Source: Perkinsus chesapeaki ATCC PRA-425
Taxonomy: Eukaryota; Protista; Perkinsozoa
Length of the DNA: 58,012 bases
Assembly: GCA_013115145.1 (NCBI GenBank)
Contig: JAAPAO010000171.1
Coordinates: 1-58,012, forward strand
Direction: 5' to 3'
Shown: positions 37,279 to 49,186 of the stretch, piece after piece
Layout: every line of letters begins with the position of its first letter
How positions within the stretch are numbered: the first letter of the stretch is position 1
Position numbers and translations under genes: made by a program
The notes under the pieces: model-generated
What the model was told of the DNA's origin: nothing
The model's database searches: none
The model's input: the letters and a program-made list of their open reading frames with translations, nothing else

Positions 37279-39083
37279 ATGGTTGCTAAAGCGTATCCTG
37301 CTGTGTCCTCACTTCCCCCCTCTGCCCGACAAGCAGTCTCTAAAGCCGTTGATGGAGTTTATACTCCTTTAGTTGAATTCATTATAGATGAAGCATCCCA
37401 GTTAACAGGAAGGCCCCTTATCGTTGGTGTATCAGGGGGACAAGGAAGTGGCAAGACCACAACTACTAGAGTAGGCCAACCCGTCCCAATCTTTTTGCCC
37501 TTCGGGCGCTCTTCACTTCGGAAGATACTGTTCAGAATTTCTCAGTCGTGCGGCAAAAATCATTCTCGAATCTCTGCGAAAAGTAAATGAAGTCACGCAG
37601 AATTTTGAGAAGCTCCGTCCGCCTCTAGCTTTTGAACTTAGCGAACTTAGCTCGGAGTCGGCGCAGGTGAAGGAGCCAATCACCGCTGATCATATTTGTG
37701 AAACTCAACTCGTTGGGATGCTTAAGAGAAATGGCAGGGAGCTAGGGTTGTTGGATGCCTGCGAATTTCCTCTTTCTTTCGGACAGATCTTGTCATTGCT
37801 GGGATGCGATATCAGGATAGGATTGCAACACTGTTAGTCTTAGCTGGTCTGTTGCCTTTCCAGGTGCTACAAAGCATGATAGCCTCCAACACTCAGCGCC
37901 GGTGTATTGGTATATCACTGGATGACTTTTACTTGTCCAAGGAGGATCGCGTTAGGAAGGCCTCTACGACCGGCATCGAGGCTTTGAGGACGCGGGGGCC
38001 TCCGGGCACGCACCAGACAGAGCGGTTAATGAAGGTGAGCAGCAACTTTGGTAACTCGTAGGAGAGACAACGATATACATGTTTCAGCGCATTTCGCCTA
38101 CCTTATTGTTATACACAGGCTGACACTTTGCCTTTTGGGCCTCTATTCAGGGGAACTCTCGCATGTCACGGTCAACGCCTAGTGCTTGTGGATTGCGGTT
38201 AATAGTCGATAGAAGAGAGTTGAGTCATTTTGGCAGTCCGCCTACGCCTCTTTATTCGTAAATTGAGCTTTCTTAATCAGCAACTTTTAACTTCTCCATT
38301 CGCCGAATCGGCGGCTCTGTTGTCGAAATTGACTCTAAGACTACTTCGCCAGCTTCGAGCTTCAAGCTCGCACCCTACTGAAGGCTGTCCGTACAGGTGC
38401 TCGCTGATCTCCATGACCCCAACCGAATCGGCCAACCGCTACTTCTGCCACATTTCGATAAGTCGCTGGATACTACAGTTGAGGATGAGGAGGTCCCTGG
38501 CCTCGATGCCGGGGACGTATTCCTGCTGGAGGGATGGTACGTCTCTGCCATCTTTGATAAACTATAGCAATCCCGCTCAGGTGTGTTGGCGCTCCACCAC
38601 CGTTGCCCGATGAACCTGCCGGTTCTATGAACGACATCGATGCTGACTTGGAGTTCCGAGAGTTTGTAGATGACGAGCTGCGCGGCATTTACTCCGAAGT
38701 TTGGGCGCAGCTAGATATCCATGTGCACTTGCAAGTAGGACCGTCACGATGAAAAAGATTCTCTGAAACTTTTGGTTCGGAATCGTTGATAAATGTTGTT
38801 AAGTTTGCAGGTTCCGAACTGGCAGTGCGTCCTGAAATGGCGGCAAGACCAAGAGGATGAGCTGTGCCGAAGAGTCGGCGGGCAAGGTGTCAATGTGGAG
38901 GAGTTCTGCCGAGGCTATGAGAGGATAACGCGACGAATGCTGAAGTGGTGCCCCCTACAGGCCGATGCGGTAGGAAGCCAAACTAGTACCCTATCTCCTA
39001 TACCGTTTTATCAGGTCATTTACCTTGACGAGGACCATCAGATATCTGGCTGCCGGATTGGCCATCCGGGAGACGATCGATGA
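37279..39083 (+). CDS. GLYK: D-glycerate 3-kinase-like P-loop kinase (plant GLYK / yeast Tda10 family), multi-exon
   Basis: PLIVGVSGGQGSGKTT (Walker A), SLDDFYL, RGPPGTH, LPHFDKSL, VFLLEGW/CVGA, V.NWQ.V..WRQDQE..L, F..GYERIT, VIYLDEDH. ATG 37279, TGA ending at 39083. Confidence 0.88.
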
Positions 39084-39256
39084 AATATGTCGCTTTGTGT
39101 TTCTATTGCTAGCTCGTATGAGCGCTTTTCTGTGATGCCCACCACTACGCTTTGCGTTCACCGCACTTCTCTAACAACAACGTCTTTCTGATAAGCATCT
39201 CTCCGGAGGGGATCCATTCACGACTGGCGTAACAATCCTACTACTGTTCGCACCGC

Positions 39257-41392
39257 ATGCAACACCTCCCGCAACGGAAACAGTCCTGGCCGATTCGCCT
39301 AGCCCAGAATACTATCGGCGCGCTTCTGAGAAGTGAGCCGCTTCATCACACTGTGTGGCTTCATAACCTGCCCCCGCCGCCGCGGACAGGTGCTCCTCCG
39401 CGACCCTGTAGGGAGGTCGAGAACGAACTTCGAAACCTGAAGATGGGTCTCCAAGAGGTGCATCAGATCTATTCTGCCTTCTCACAGATAAAGCAGAATA
39501 GTATGCCTCCATAGCTCAGAGCTTCCAAAACTAGTAGTGTTGTAGGCACTAGGAGGCTTGTACTCACTGCAAGGGAGGTACCAACTGATTCCATCATCTA
39601 TCTGGTCAGAGACCGTCAAGAATACGTCTCTGGCATACTGCGGAGCTTGGTAAGATACTGTGTGCGAGTTCAAAGACCCGGCTGGACATTTGATCAACAC
39701 CTGACAAGTGTGACGTGGAATTATACAGTGTGTGGTTCAGGAAGAACACTTCTCCGACTTTATCTTTCTGGATTCCCTTGAAAGGGAATCCCTTGGATTT
39801 TTGCTCACTGTTCGTTTAAGTATGTCGCACGACTTACCGAGAGCTCCTAGGCCCATGCTCCAGCTTTCGAGCTGAGCTACAGCAGTACGGGGATATTTTC
39901 AGGTGGAGCTTGGAGGCTGCTTCGACACCGTTAAGTGGGATGATTTCCTTTATATCTTCCTCCGTTTTTGTTCCCTTTCCAAGATAGAGCTCTGTCAGCT
40001 TATGTTCCTCATAATTGTAAGTCGACGAGCCTCTCTTATTATCAGTAGCAGCTCAGGTGAAAGAAGTGAAGTCTTGGACCGTCCACTATTTGACCGCCTC
40101 TCAGCTAGATGAGTTTTACTCCAGGTAGGCCACAGAAGTGACATGTTGTCTTTTCATTACGTGAAACCATCTCAGATTTCACCACTGCCCAGTGCACTCC
40201 TTCGACACCCATGACATTCACTTCCGCAGATTGCCCTTGTCGAGATACTACACTAACGACTTTGTTGAACTTTGCTTTCGGTTCACCAAGATAATCAATC
40301 CTTTGGTACACTTGCAGAGGTCACGTTGCTTTCTGACTGTCGGCTTGCACAACCCACCAGGTCTATACAACGCAGTGTGCCGTCCGTAAGGTTCTGGGAC
40401 AACTATGATCGGACGGAAGTCTACAATCGAAAGCTCACGCTTGAATTCTTCCTTATCCGGAAAACACACTTGTTTTTGCAAGTAGCGTAACCTCTCGCGC
40501 GGCTCCGCGATAATCACGGCTCAGGGGGAACCATCTTTCCGTGAGAGCTGCGACATCCTGCTCCCAGCTGTGATGGGTGGCGATCCTCTAGTGACCGAAA
40601 TGCAAAATCGTGAAGTACCAAAACCTGAAGATAGCGCTCCCGCAGTCCGAAGCAGTAATAGTCCGAAGAGACGAGTCTCTTTGGGAGAGGTTCGCCCAGT
40701 TGCCGAAGCCAAAGTAGAGCCACTCAGCGCAGTAGAGCCCTTATCTGCTGGAGTACAGTCTCCAAATGCATACGCCCGACTGAACGAGCACCGGCATTCA
40801 AACGCCGAGCCGCCGCCGGTAGCTCATGGCTGAGCTGCAGGGGAGAACAGTGGACTACAGGTGGCCTCGGAGAAGCGAAGCTCTTTAACTGAGTTCGACA
40901 CTACCCTCAAGCTGCTCCCCAAAGTGTCTGCTGCATCAATGAAGGATCGTCCTTCTATGGCACGAGTAATGGAGAAAGTGAGATGCCAGGTCATTTGTCG
41001 GAGGCCAGCACACATCGTTCCCAGGCTAAAGTGACTGCTACATTTAAGAGCACGTTTGCAAAGAAGAAGCAGGCGCCTACCGAGGCCGACTCTGATGATG
41101 ATGTGCCGATTGATGAAAAGAATGTATATTCGGGATCCGCCGGCGGCTCGTATGCTTGTGCCAGATTTCCATTGAAAACGTCCCATCGTGGATGAGGTCT
41201 TTTGTGAGCCCACCAGTTAAGAGATCGGTCACCGAACGAGCCCAGGAAGCCGAGTTCATTCGAAAATGCCGTGAGAGGAAGGGCGACACTAAAAGCGTGG
41301 TCGGATGCTTCAGCTCCGCTTGGGAGGATCGTCTCGGCCTAGGTAACGCTGTTACAAGAAGGGCATCAGGCTCCGATACTAACCAGAGCTAG
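39257..41392 (+). CDS. Hypothetical protein with degenerate EF-hand-like region and low-complexity C-terminus, multi-exon
   Basis: Exon-like segments LRNLKMGLQEVHQIYSAFSQIK, DTVKWDDFLYIFLRFCSLSKIELCQLMFLII|gtaag, HSFDTHDIHFRRLPLSRYYTNDFVEL, RFWDNYD. The EF-hand resemblance is by eye only. Confidence 0.45.
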
Positions 41393-41570
41393 ACCCAAAT
41401 GAAGACCTACCATGGAATAGTAACTCTTGATGATGATGTGTCATTGAGCCTCTTGCTGTTGTGTTTCATACAGGGGCATCTATCTGCGCACGGGCAACTA
41501 TAGGGAGTGGTAGTTTTGGATACAAACATGGAATAGATTGGTGAAACTGCTAGGTTTGCTCTAGTTCGAG

Positions 41571-42803
41571 ATGCCCAACTCGCCAGTACTATTGAATTCA
41601 ACAGGTTGGCTCACTGAGTACCTCCCACCAGAGCTCATTCAATCGGCCGGCCAGGACCGTTCCGTGCTGGTTGTTTTTAAACCCGCCTTTTATCGGTGTC
41701 AGCTTCCCGACGATCATCCCGAAGATTCTCTGGTCTCTTGGCTGGTTCGGCGGTACACTATACCACCCGAACTGATGGATGATGAGCTAAACCCTGCCCT
41801 CAGCGGAGGAGGCGGATTCGGTCCGTTATGCCATCGACTGGACAAAGAAACGAGCGGTGAGCAGCTGTCTGCATCATCGCCCGGGCCAATCGCTCATAGG
41901 TCCGGTTTTGGTGGCGAGAACCATTGAAACGTGGAAGTTCATTCGACATCAATTCCAGCGGGAACAAGTCCAAAAGAGATACGTCTGTCTAGTCAGTGGG
42001 ACAATTTCGCGCGATAGTGGCGTCATCGATAGCCCGATTCGAGTGCGCCGAACAGACAAGCGTGGGTAGATTGTGGCGGTATTGGCTGCATGGTTCAAGC
42101 TTAGATACTTCTGCAGAGATCGGCTCTGGTCCGGCGTGCTCCTCGGCACACTCTGAGTTCCGCGTGCTCGAACGATACGAAGAAGGCTGCACGCTCGTGT
42201 CAGTGAAGATCACGACCGGCGTCACTCATCAAATTAGAGTAAGCTTTCCTGTCAGCTTACGTGATAGCTCAGGCTGGCCGTGCACAGGTACATATGGCCC
42301 AGGGACTTGGACACCCAATAGTTGGTGATAGAAAATACGGCAGCACCAGCAGACAGCCTGATCTGTCATTGGTGACAAGAGTGCCGGATAGAGTATTCCT
42401 TCATTGCTATGAACTTGGGTTCCGGTCGGAAAAAGACTCGGACCATCTCACGACAATCAAATGCTCGCTGCCAACTGAACTACGGAATGTGAGTTACCTG
42501 CTTCCTCGCGATCCACTCCGGGATTCGCTTCCTGCCGGCCGGCGGTCGAGTCCCTTGGTGCCCAGTATAGTGGTGACAGCGTTGAAGTATCTGTTGTAAC
42601 TGTTCGTCACCATGTTGGAGCACTCGGCGGAACACGCCCGAAATGCCGCCCTCCTCGCCGTTTGCATTCAGACAGGTCTCTATCAGTTACTCTGGTCCCT
42701 CACTCCTACGTCAACCTGTCCCATACCACCAGAGCTCCGAGCATTGTTGGCAGGTCTCCTGGGTTTACCATTAGGCGCAGCTTCACGGCAGTGGTTAGGC
42801 TAG
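41571..42803 (+). CDS. RluA-family RNA pseudouridine synthase, multi-exon; start uncertain
   Basis: VLVVFKP, LCHRLDKETSG (catalytic Asp), KRYVCLV.G, G.IDSPI, TGVTHQIR/VHMA..GHPIVGD.KYG, VFLHCYELGF. Confidence 0.92.
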
Positions 42804-42943
42804 TTGCCAATACTGCTACTGTGTAATCTGCTCTCAGGCACATACCGTATTCCTCTTTGACTTCCCGGGTGGTGACAGCACTTGTGTCGGGTGAGGATGA
42901 ACGAGTGAAGGACTGCAACTCAAATACGACTGTCCGAAAGGAA

Positions 42944-43319
42944 ATGCAGGACAATCTCCAGGTGCACGGTCGCCGAGGATTCCTTTGCCCAAGAACGTAC
43001 CTCATAATGGTCAGATATCCCGCTCTGCACAGCTTTCTTCCGACTGGTTCTTTTCGGTCCATCCAGAACTCTTCAAGAGGGACCTGAAAAAGGTTGAGGT
43101 GAGAGCCAATCAGGCAGCGGCGGTCTGGTGCCGTATTGTCTTCAGGGAATCACGGTTCGGGACACCAGCGATAAGCTCGGCATTCTCAAGGCTCAGTACC
43201 CATCTACGGACCGATCAGTGGATGCGCTCAAGACCACTCAAATTGCTTGGGGCCTCAAAAAGACGGAGATCGCAAAGCATCCTGTATCGGTGGCACCGCT
43301 AGGTTGGTTTGATCGTTAA
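42944..43319 (+). CDS. Small hypothetical protein (~85 aa, 3 exons)
   Basis: MQDNLQ|LSSDWFFSVHPELFKRDLKKVE|GITVRDTSDKLG...LGWFDR* with GT-AG introns in phase. Confidence 0.35.
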
Positions 43320-43439
43320 CTAGCTTCTGCTCAATAAGCCTGTGTTTTCGCCTGTAGAGGCAGGAGAGGATCTCTAATCGTAAAATTCATTTTGGGCTTC
43401 ATACTCAGTTCATTGAGTAACCCTTCGAGGCTTATCGTT

Positions 43440-43972
43440 AGGTGTTGCGACAGCTAAGCAACCTGCAAAAATCCGAATTGGAAAACCTGCAATGAAACCG
43501 CGAAGTCCAAGAATTGAACCGAAGAAGCAGCACGCAGACCGGTCACAGCCGGCCTACGCCAGAGTTCGGCAAGATTTGTAGGCTAATCAGGAACGACTGC
43601 CGCCACACAATCTCGTGTCTCTCTTATCAGTTTTCAGACATACGACTATGGCAAGAAGGCTAGTCAACCATCCTCACGAGTCGGTGAGCTCGTGAATGAG
43701 GTTGTTAAGATTGTAGCGAATGCTTTACCGAGTGATGGCACATATGTTACATTGACTCAGCTAATTGAAGATCACACGGAAATACGGGATATCCTCAAGT
43801 TAGACAGATCATGGTGATTTCACTACATCCTCTCTCAATCAGATTGAACAGCGATCTCGGGAAGCCTCTTGTGGATGTCGCTCTGGTCCGTTCTATACTG
43901 GCAACCTACGGACGCAACAAGTTCAGATTTACCAATGTCGGAGTTGATACCAAAATAGCACACAAAAGTTGA
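43440..43972 (+). CDS. Small hypothetical protein, multi-exon
   Basis: TYDYGKK...ELVNEVVKIVANALPSDGTYVTLTQLIEDHTEIRDILK|LNSDLGKPLVDVALVRSILATYGRNKFRF...KS*, joined by a phase-2 GT-AG intron. Confidence 0.4.
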
Positions 43973-44583
43973 GCTGCAAGATACCCTTGTCACGATGGTC
44001 GTTGTTGTTGTGATATTATCATTTCTGCTCTATGTAACTCGAGTTATAAGTGTCACATTGTCAAAAATACCCCATGGGGACACACCGCCAGGAAGTAACT
44101 CTCCCGCTCAGTGCTTCACGTCAATGAGGCAAGTTACATCATGTAGATCTACAGCACCAAGTGCTGAGGACTTAGTGGTGGTTTACACAATATTCGATAT
44201 AGGATGCCCGAATCTTTTCTTGGACTGAATGGAGTGCCGTTCAGCAAAGGAGGCTCTCTGAAGGAAATGCAGTTGATCCGCCGAGGGATGTTGTCATACC
44301 GCACTGCACTGCTACACACGCTTACTCGAGGGAAGACGAAAAGGAGTCCCATACCGTTTGACACGAACTCGACCACCTTACCGGAATTTCTGTTCTCTCG
44401 TCGCTCGGCAAACGATCGTACTCTATGAATGGTAATCCCCCCATATTTGCAAAGTTGAGGGGAACCCGACAGCTAAAGTTGATACATACATGTGATAGGA
44501 AGTATGTGTAGTTATGACGTCTCAGCGAGTATCATAGCTTGTTAGGGATTCTAACCATATCACGTCCACTTCAATACCCGCGA

Positions 44584-44630
44584 ATGTGAGGACCATTTTC
44601 GCGAACTGTTCGCGAAAATAGTCCTCATAT
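44584..44630. repeat. Long hairpin/palindrome in the convergent strand-switch region
   Basis: ATTTTCGCGAAC-T-GTTCGCGAAAAT (44595-44619), extended by TGAGGAC/GTCCTCA after one mismatch. Confidence 0.85.
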
Positions 44631-45168
44631 AAGCGCGCGCTTCGCAGTCTATGTTGCGCAGTGTATCAGTTGTACTGTGTAGCAGTTACACTTTAACTCA
44701 AGTGAGAGTAACTCTAAACTTAACTGGAAACTTGGCACACTTAGTTACCGATGCTGCTGCATAGCGACATTGCTCATAGCAAGCTCCTCTTCTCTTGGGC
44801 ATAATGCCGACACGGTGTGGGCGAGTTCCGACAGTAGCAGGAAGGGATCGAACACCATGGAAGGGAGTAAACTTGCTGCGTATAAGACTAACAATGTTGT
44901 TCGGATTTGACAGTAGGCTTGAGCCCTTATAAGGGGAACAGAGAGAGCTCAACTAAGAATAGACTGATCACGTATGGCCAACCAACGAACAAACAGTGCA
45001 CAGAAGTAATCTGGGCTCTCGTAAGGGAGCTACGGAATCTGTGCATAGGTTAGAAGGACTACAGCGTGATTTCTGCTCTCGTAAAGCGTAGGGTGATGAA
45101 CTGAAGAGACTAACAATATGATGTTATATCGACAATGAAATATCAGAAATTTTATGAACAGCGACGCG

Positions 45169-46122
45169 CTATACAGAAAGACTTGATAGCAGCTGTTGAA
45201 TACCTCTGGTTCTAGTTTCACCGGACAGCACAGCTCTTATCTTCTCCTCGAATGCCTCTACAGAACCACACATCGCAGTTATGAGAGTGTGGAGATGTAT
45301 GTATGTTCCGATTGGACATGAAGGCTTAGCTCGAGAAAGACTGAAGGTGCGCAGCCTTGCCCGCATGTTTTCAAACTCATCGGCACATATAACATCAATG
45401 TACCATAAAAGCAAGCATATCAGCAAGCCTAAAAGGCCTGTGTGCTCAGACCCACAGTGGGGAACACACATATTAAATAATGATAAACAGCCACCGAATG
45501 AACATTTCAGAAGGACCACAAAAGTAGACAACTTCGTGTAGCGTAAGTTTATAACAGTGATATCTGCCTCGGTGTGGGTATGTAAGAAGACAGCAAGCTC
45601 GTAAACACACCACATACGATCAAGATAGTCTGGAGACCACAATACAACCAACTTTTTGGAGGCTCGAACATAGTCCGACAATCTTGATATACCATCTGAT
45701 TTCAGAACAGGATCCAATTGGTTAATACAGCACTTATCAAAAAACACCATAGTGTTTCGGTGCATGACATGCGAGATAATACATAGACCGATAAGGAATA
45801 TTACGTGGACAAGGACCACTCCCATGATGTTGAATGTTGTCGTTGATACGATGGAAAAATATATTAAAGCACCGAGATAGGACCAAGCAATAACTGCGGA
45901 TACCGAAGGAGAGTTGAAGAATGCTAGCAGCGTCACAAGCTTCCAGAATCCACTCGCCGACCATGAGTGGCTCAGGAAAATGTCAATCGAGTCAACTGGA
46001 GATGACGGTTTCGGAGCCTCCTTCGGAGCGGCATCCTCACCAAGAAGGGAATTACTCATCATTATCGATATCATAGAGCAGGCCCTCAAACCTTGTGTAT
46101 CAACCCCATGAGAGATAGCCAT
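45169..46122 (-). CDS. TIR/HET-like domain protein with an inserted transmembrane hairpin and C-terminal TM hairpin, copy A, intronless
   Basis: DIFLSHSW - two hydrophobic helices - VFFDKCCINQLD...K..GI..L..Y...S - LVVLWSPDYLDRMWCVYEL. Met at 46122 is shared with copy B; the open frame extends to 46299 and ends at TAG 45169. Confidence 0.8.
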   Translation of the reverse strand: MAISHGVDTQGLRACSMISIMMSNSLLGEDAAPKEAPKPSSPVDSIDIFLSHSWSASGFWKLVTLLAFFNSPSVSAVIAWSYLGALIYFSIVSTTTFNIMGVVLVHVIFLIGLCIISHVMHRNTMVFFDKCCINQLDPVLKSDGISRLSDYVRASKKLVVLWSPDYLDRMWCVYELAVFLHTHTEADITVINLRYTKLSTFVVLLKCSFGGCLSLFNMCVPHCGSEHTGLLGLLICLLLWYIDVICADEFENMRARLRTFSLSRAKPSCPIGTYIHLHTLITAMCGSVEAFEEKIRAVLSGETRTRGIQQLLSSLSV

Positions 46123-48262
46123 CTGATGATCGTTGATGGATGATTGCTTTTCAAGGTTTCCTCCGTGCATCGACAACAAGCGCAGCCATAGCGGCCGCGG
46201 AATCGTGACAATGTGTATGCGTGCACGTATGTCTCCATTTCTGAGGAGTAGAGCCTCTGACTGCGGGGACCGCAAGAGAAGGCCCGCTCGACGACACAAA
46301 AGTTTTATTCAATAGCCTTGAGGACGGTGACCTGATGCACTGGGAGCTGTGGGGCATGTGTAGCACCCAACAATCGAGCTCAAACTCTACAAACGGGCTA
46401 GATGCTCACCGGTAGTCGCGGTGTGCTTCGGGGAGGAGTCACTCCTCAGGAGTGGTGCAAAAGAGTTTCCTCTCACGTGGGTCGAGTCATACTAGGTTTA
46501 CATCGAAAGAGTAGAGGTACCAGACACGTTACTGAAGGTAGAGGAGAACGTAAGCTACATGAATAGCGCCATAATTGAAGAGGCCTACAGAGAACCAGGG
46601 CCTGTTTACGGGCCTCACATGGAGGTAGTGCCGCGTTATTCTGTGGGCGACGAACTATGAAGCATAGTCTATAAGCAGTTTATGCGACCTGATCAATCGC
46701 GAGCCGAAGCAATGTTATTGCAAAGGGGTGCGATCCGCTGGGTTGTCGTTATCCCCTGACGCGAAGATCTATCCTCCAGCAAAGCCTCCGGTCTTCCCCA
46801 CGTATCATGGCATAATTAAAGTACGTCTACCTTTTATTTATTCACTTGCCAATAGAGCTGTGATCACTTCCTATATGGGCTTTCATGAAGACGTGTTTTG
46901 TTTGGTAAAATTCTCTCAAGTGACCAGTGATTACTGGCCTTTTCATCCAGTTTTCTGATAATAGAATTGTAACCAGCTAGTGTAAACGCAAATGCGCAAG
47001 GCGATAAGACCAGATACTCCTCCTTAGTGGGCTGCGTCCCAGTTACCGAGTAGAATCTATAGCCAGAACGGAGTACACACAGTGAGGGGATCGATGAGAC
47101 TAAACGATCACTGAGGTTAGTTCCTACGAGCGAGAAGTATGTTTCAAGTAACAGCTGAATACAACACGAAGAATACGACTCAGATTCTACAACCTAGTTA
47201 CCACAAAGTATGATTCTCTGGTAACAAAGTAATTTGTTCAAACTCAGAGTAAACAATTTGAATTGGAACCGCATGGCCTTTTGCAGTTTGCACTCGATAA
47301 GACTTTTGAATGTATTCTAGATCGAAGTGTTGTCCGCTTGGTTTGAACACGACACCTGAGTCATTGTGGCTCATGGGTTGCCTCGTGTTGATCACATGTG
47401 CGTGAGCATGTGCATCAATGGTCCAACAGGGGCTTTGGCTGACTTGGAGTATCCCCAATCTCACTCAGTATCGTGAGGTGCAAAATATATTCTAGGGCAG
47501 TGTATATTAGCATTTGCTAGGAGAGAATACGAATATAATAACTGACGATCTTGTGATCACATTTTGAGACGCAACACTCTATTCGAAGGTTCCGATGTAC
47601 GCCTGAAGCGGGATCTCCTTGACGCTCCAGCCTCGCTGCTTCAGTTTCCCAAACAGAGACATCTAAAACTGCCTAACGTTACCTCCGTCTCGTAGTTGAT
47701 GATGTCGCTATTTACGATCCGCTGTCATTCGACTTATATTTATGACCCGTTAACTCAGAGCTCACCACTAAAACTGAAACCTCCTGATAATGAAGAGATT
47801 ATTGCCTATAAGGGTTCCCATTAGGAGGGCTCCTCATCTAACAAAATTACCTTCCCAGGCACCGAACCCGCTTGTGATAAAATAGCTCGTGCGTCAGACT
47901 AGAGTTCTCTTACTAGGCGTAAGAGTGGCCTTACCACTCAGATCTTAGAGACTGATGAAAGCGCACGACCTTGGGCTATAAGATGCAGCCCACTGGCAGA
48001 ATTACGTTGCGAACCGGGACGAAAATATTACGTTCCAAGACTAATAATATAGTAACACACGAATACACTAGGACTATGCAGAAGTCTACAATTTAGACCA
48101 TTACTATACAAGTCTTGAAGGAGTGGCACGCTCGTAGGTTGGACCGACCAACGTGATAGGCGCAAGTACGGCAATTGTGTTACAGCCCGAAGACATTGCC
48201 GGAAAGGATCTTATCGTGTCTACAATACGCAGTAAAACCGTTCGAGGACAACAGGGTAGAGC

Positions 48263-49186
48263 TCAGGTTCCAATACCACCCGATAGGAGCGTTCTCATCT
48301 TCTCCTCAAAGGCCTCAGAAGAACCATACATCTCAATTATGAGGTTTTTGAGATTGTATGTATGGGCTGGACACGAACACTTAGCGCCAGTCAGACTGAA
48401 TGTGCGTAGGCTCACGTCGGTTCTTTCGAGGTCGTTGGCACATTGAGCAATAAGGTACCATACGAGTAAGCATATTAGAAGACCTGATAGGGCTCCAAGT
48501 CCGGCATAAATGGAGCCATAGTGAGAGTTACACGTACTCAACAATGACAAAAAGCCGGCGATCAACAAATGCGAAAGCGCCGACATAGTGCAGAACTTTG
48601 TGTAGGTCAAGTCTATAACAGTGATATCTGCCTCGGTGTGGGTATGTAAGAAGACAGCAAGCTCGTAAACACACCACATACGATCAAGATAGTCTGGGGA
48701 CCACAATACAACCAACTTTTTGGAGGCTCGAACATAGTCCGACAATCTTGATATACCATCTGATTTCAGAACAGGATCCAATTGGTTGATACAGCATTTA
48801 TCAAAAAACACCATAGTGTTCCGGTGCATGACATGCGAGATAATACATAGACCGATAAGGAATATTACGTGGACAAGGACCACTCCCATGATGTTGAATG
48901 TTGTCGTTGATACGATGGAAAAATATATTAAAGCACCGAGGTAGGACCAAGCAATAACTGCGGATACCGAAGAAGAGTTGAAGAATGCTAGCAGCGTCAC
49001 AAGCTTCCAGAATCCACTCGCCGACCATGAGTGGCTCAGGAAAATGTCAATCGAGTCAACTGGAGATGACGGTTTCGGAGCCTCTTTCAGAGCGGCACCC
49101 TCACCAAGAAGGGAATTACTCATCATTATCGATACCATAGAGCAGGCCCTCAAACCTTGTGTATCAACCCCATGAGAGATATCCAT
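48263..49186 (-). CDS. TIR/HET-like domain protein with an inserted transmembrane hairpin, copy B, intronless
   Basis: Paralog of copy A at a constant 3064-bp offset over the core; same motifs; 186/191 aa identical over the first 191 residues. Confidence 0.8.
   Translation of the reverse strand: MDISHGVDTQGLRACSMVSIMMSNSLLGEGAALKEAPKPSSPVDSIDIFLSHSWSASGFWKLVTLLAFFNSSSVSAVIAWSYLGALIYFSIVSTTTFNIMGVVLVHVIFLIGLCIISHVMHRNTMVFFDKCCINQLDPVLKSDGISRLSDYVRASKKLVVLWSPDYLDRMWCVYELAVFLHTHTEADITVIDLTYTKFCTMSALSHLLIAGFLSLLSTCNSHYGSIYAGLGALSGLLICLLVWYLIAQCANDLERTDVSLRTFSLTGAKCSCPAHTYNLKNLIIEMYGSSEAFEEKMRTLLSGGIGT

Noticed and set aside
46340-46760. Possible integrase C-terminal relic (STNGL, GVTP.E, YSVGDE) between the TIR copies
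   Set aside because: Motifs lie in different frames and are too degenerate to call.
47198-47464. ORF with IDAHAH (amidohydrolase-like) and NDSG..F (integrase-like) strings
   Set aside because: Short, with no supporting downstream motifs.
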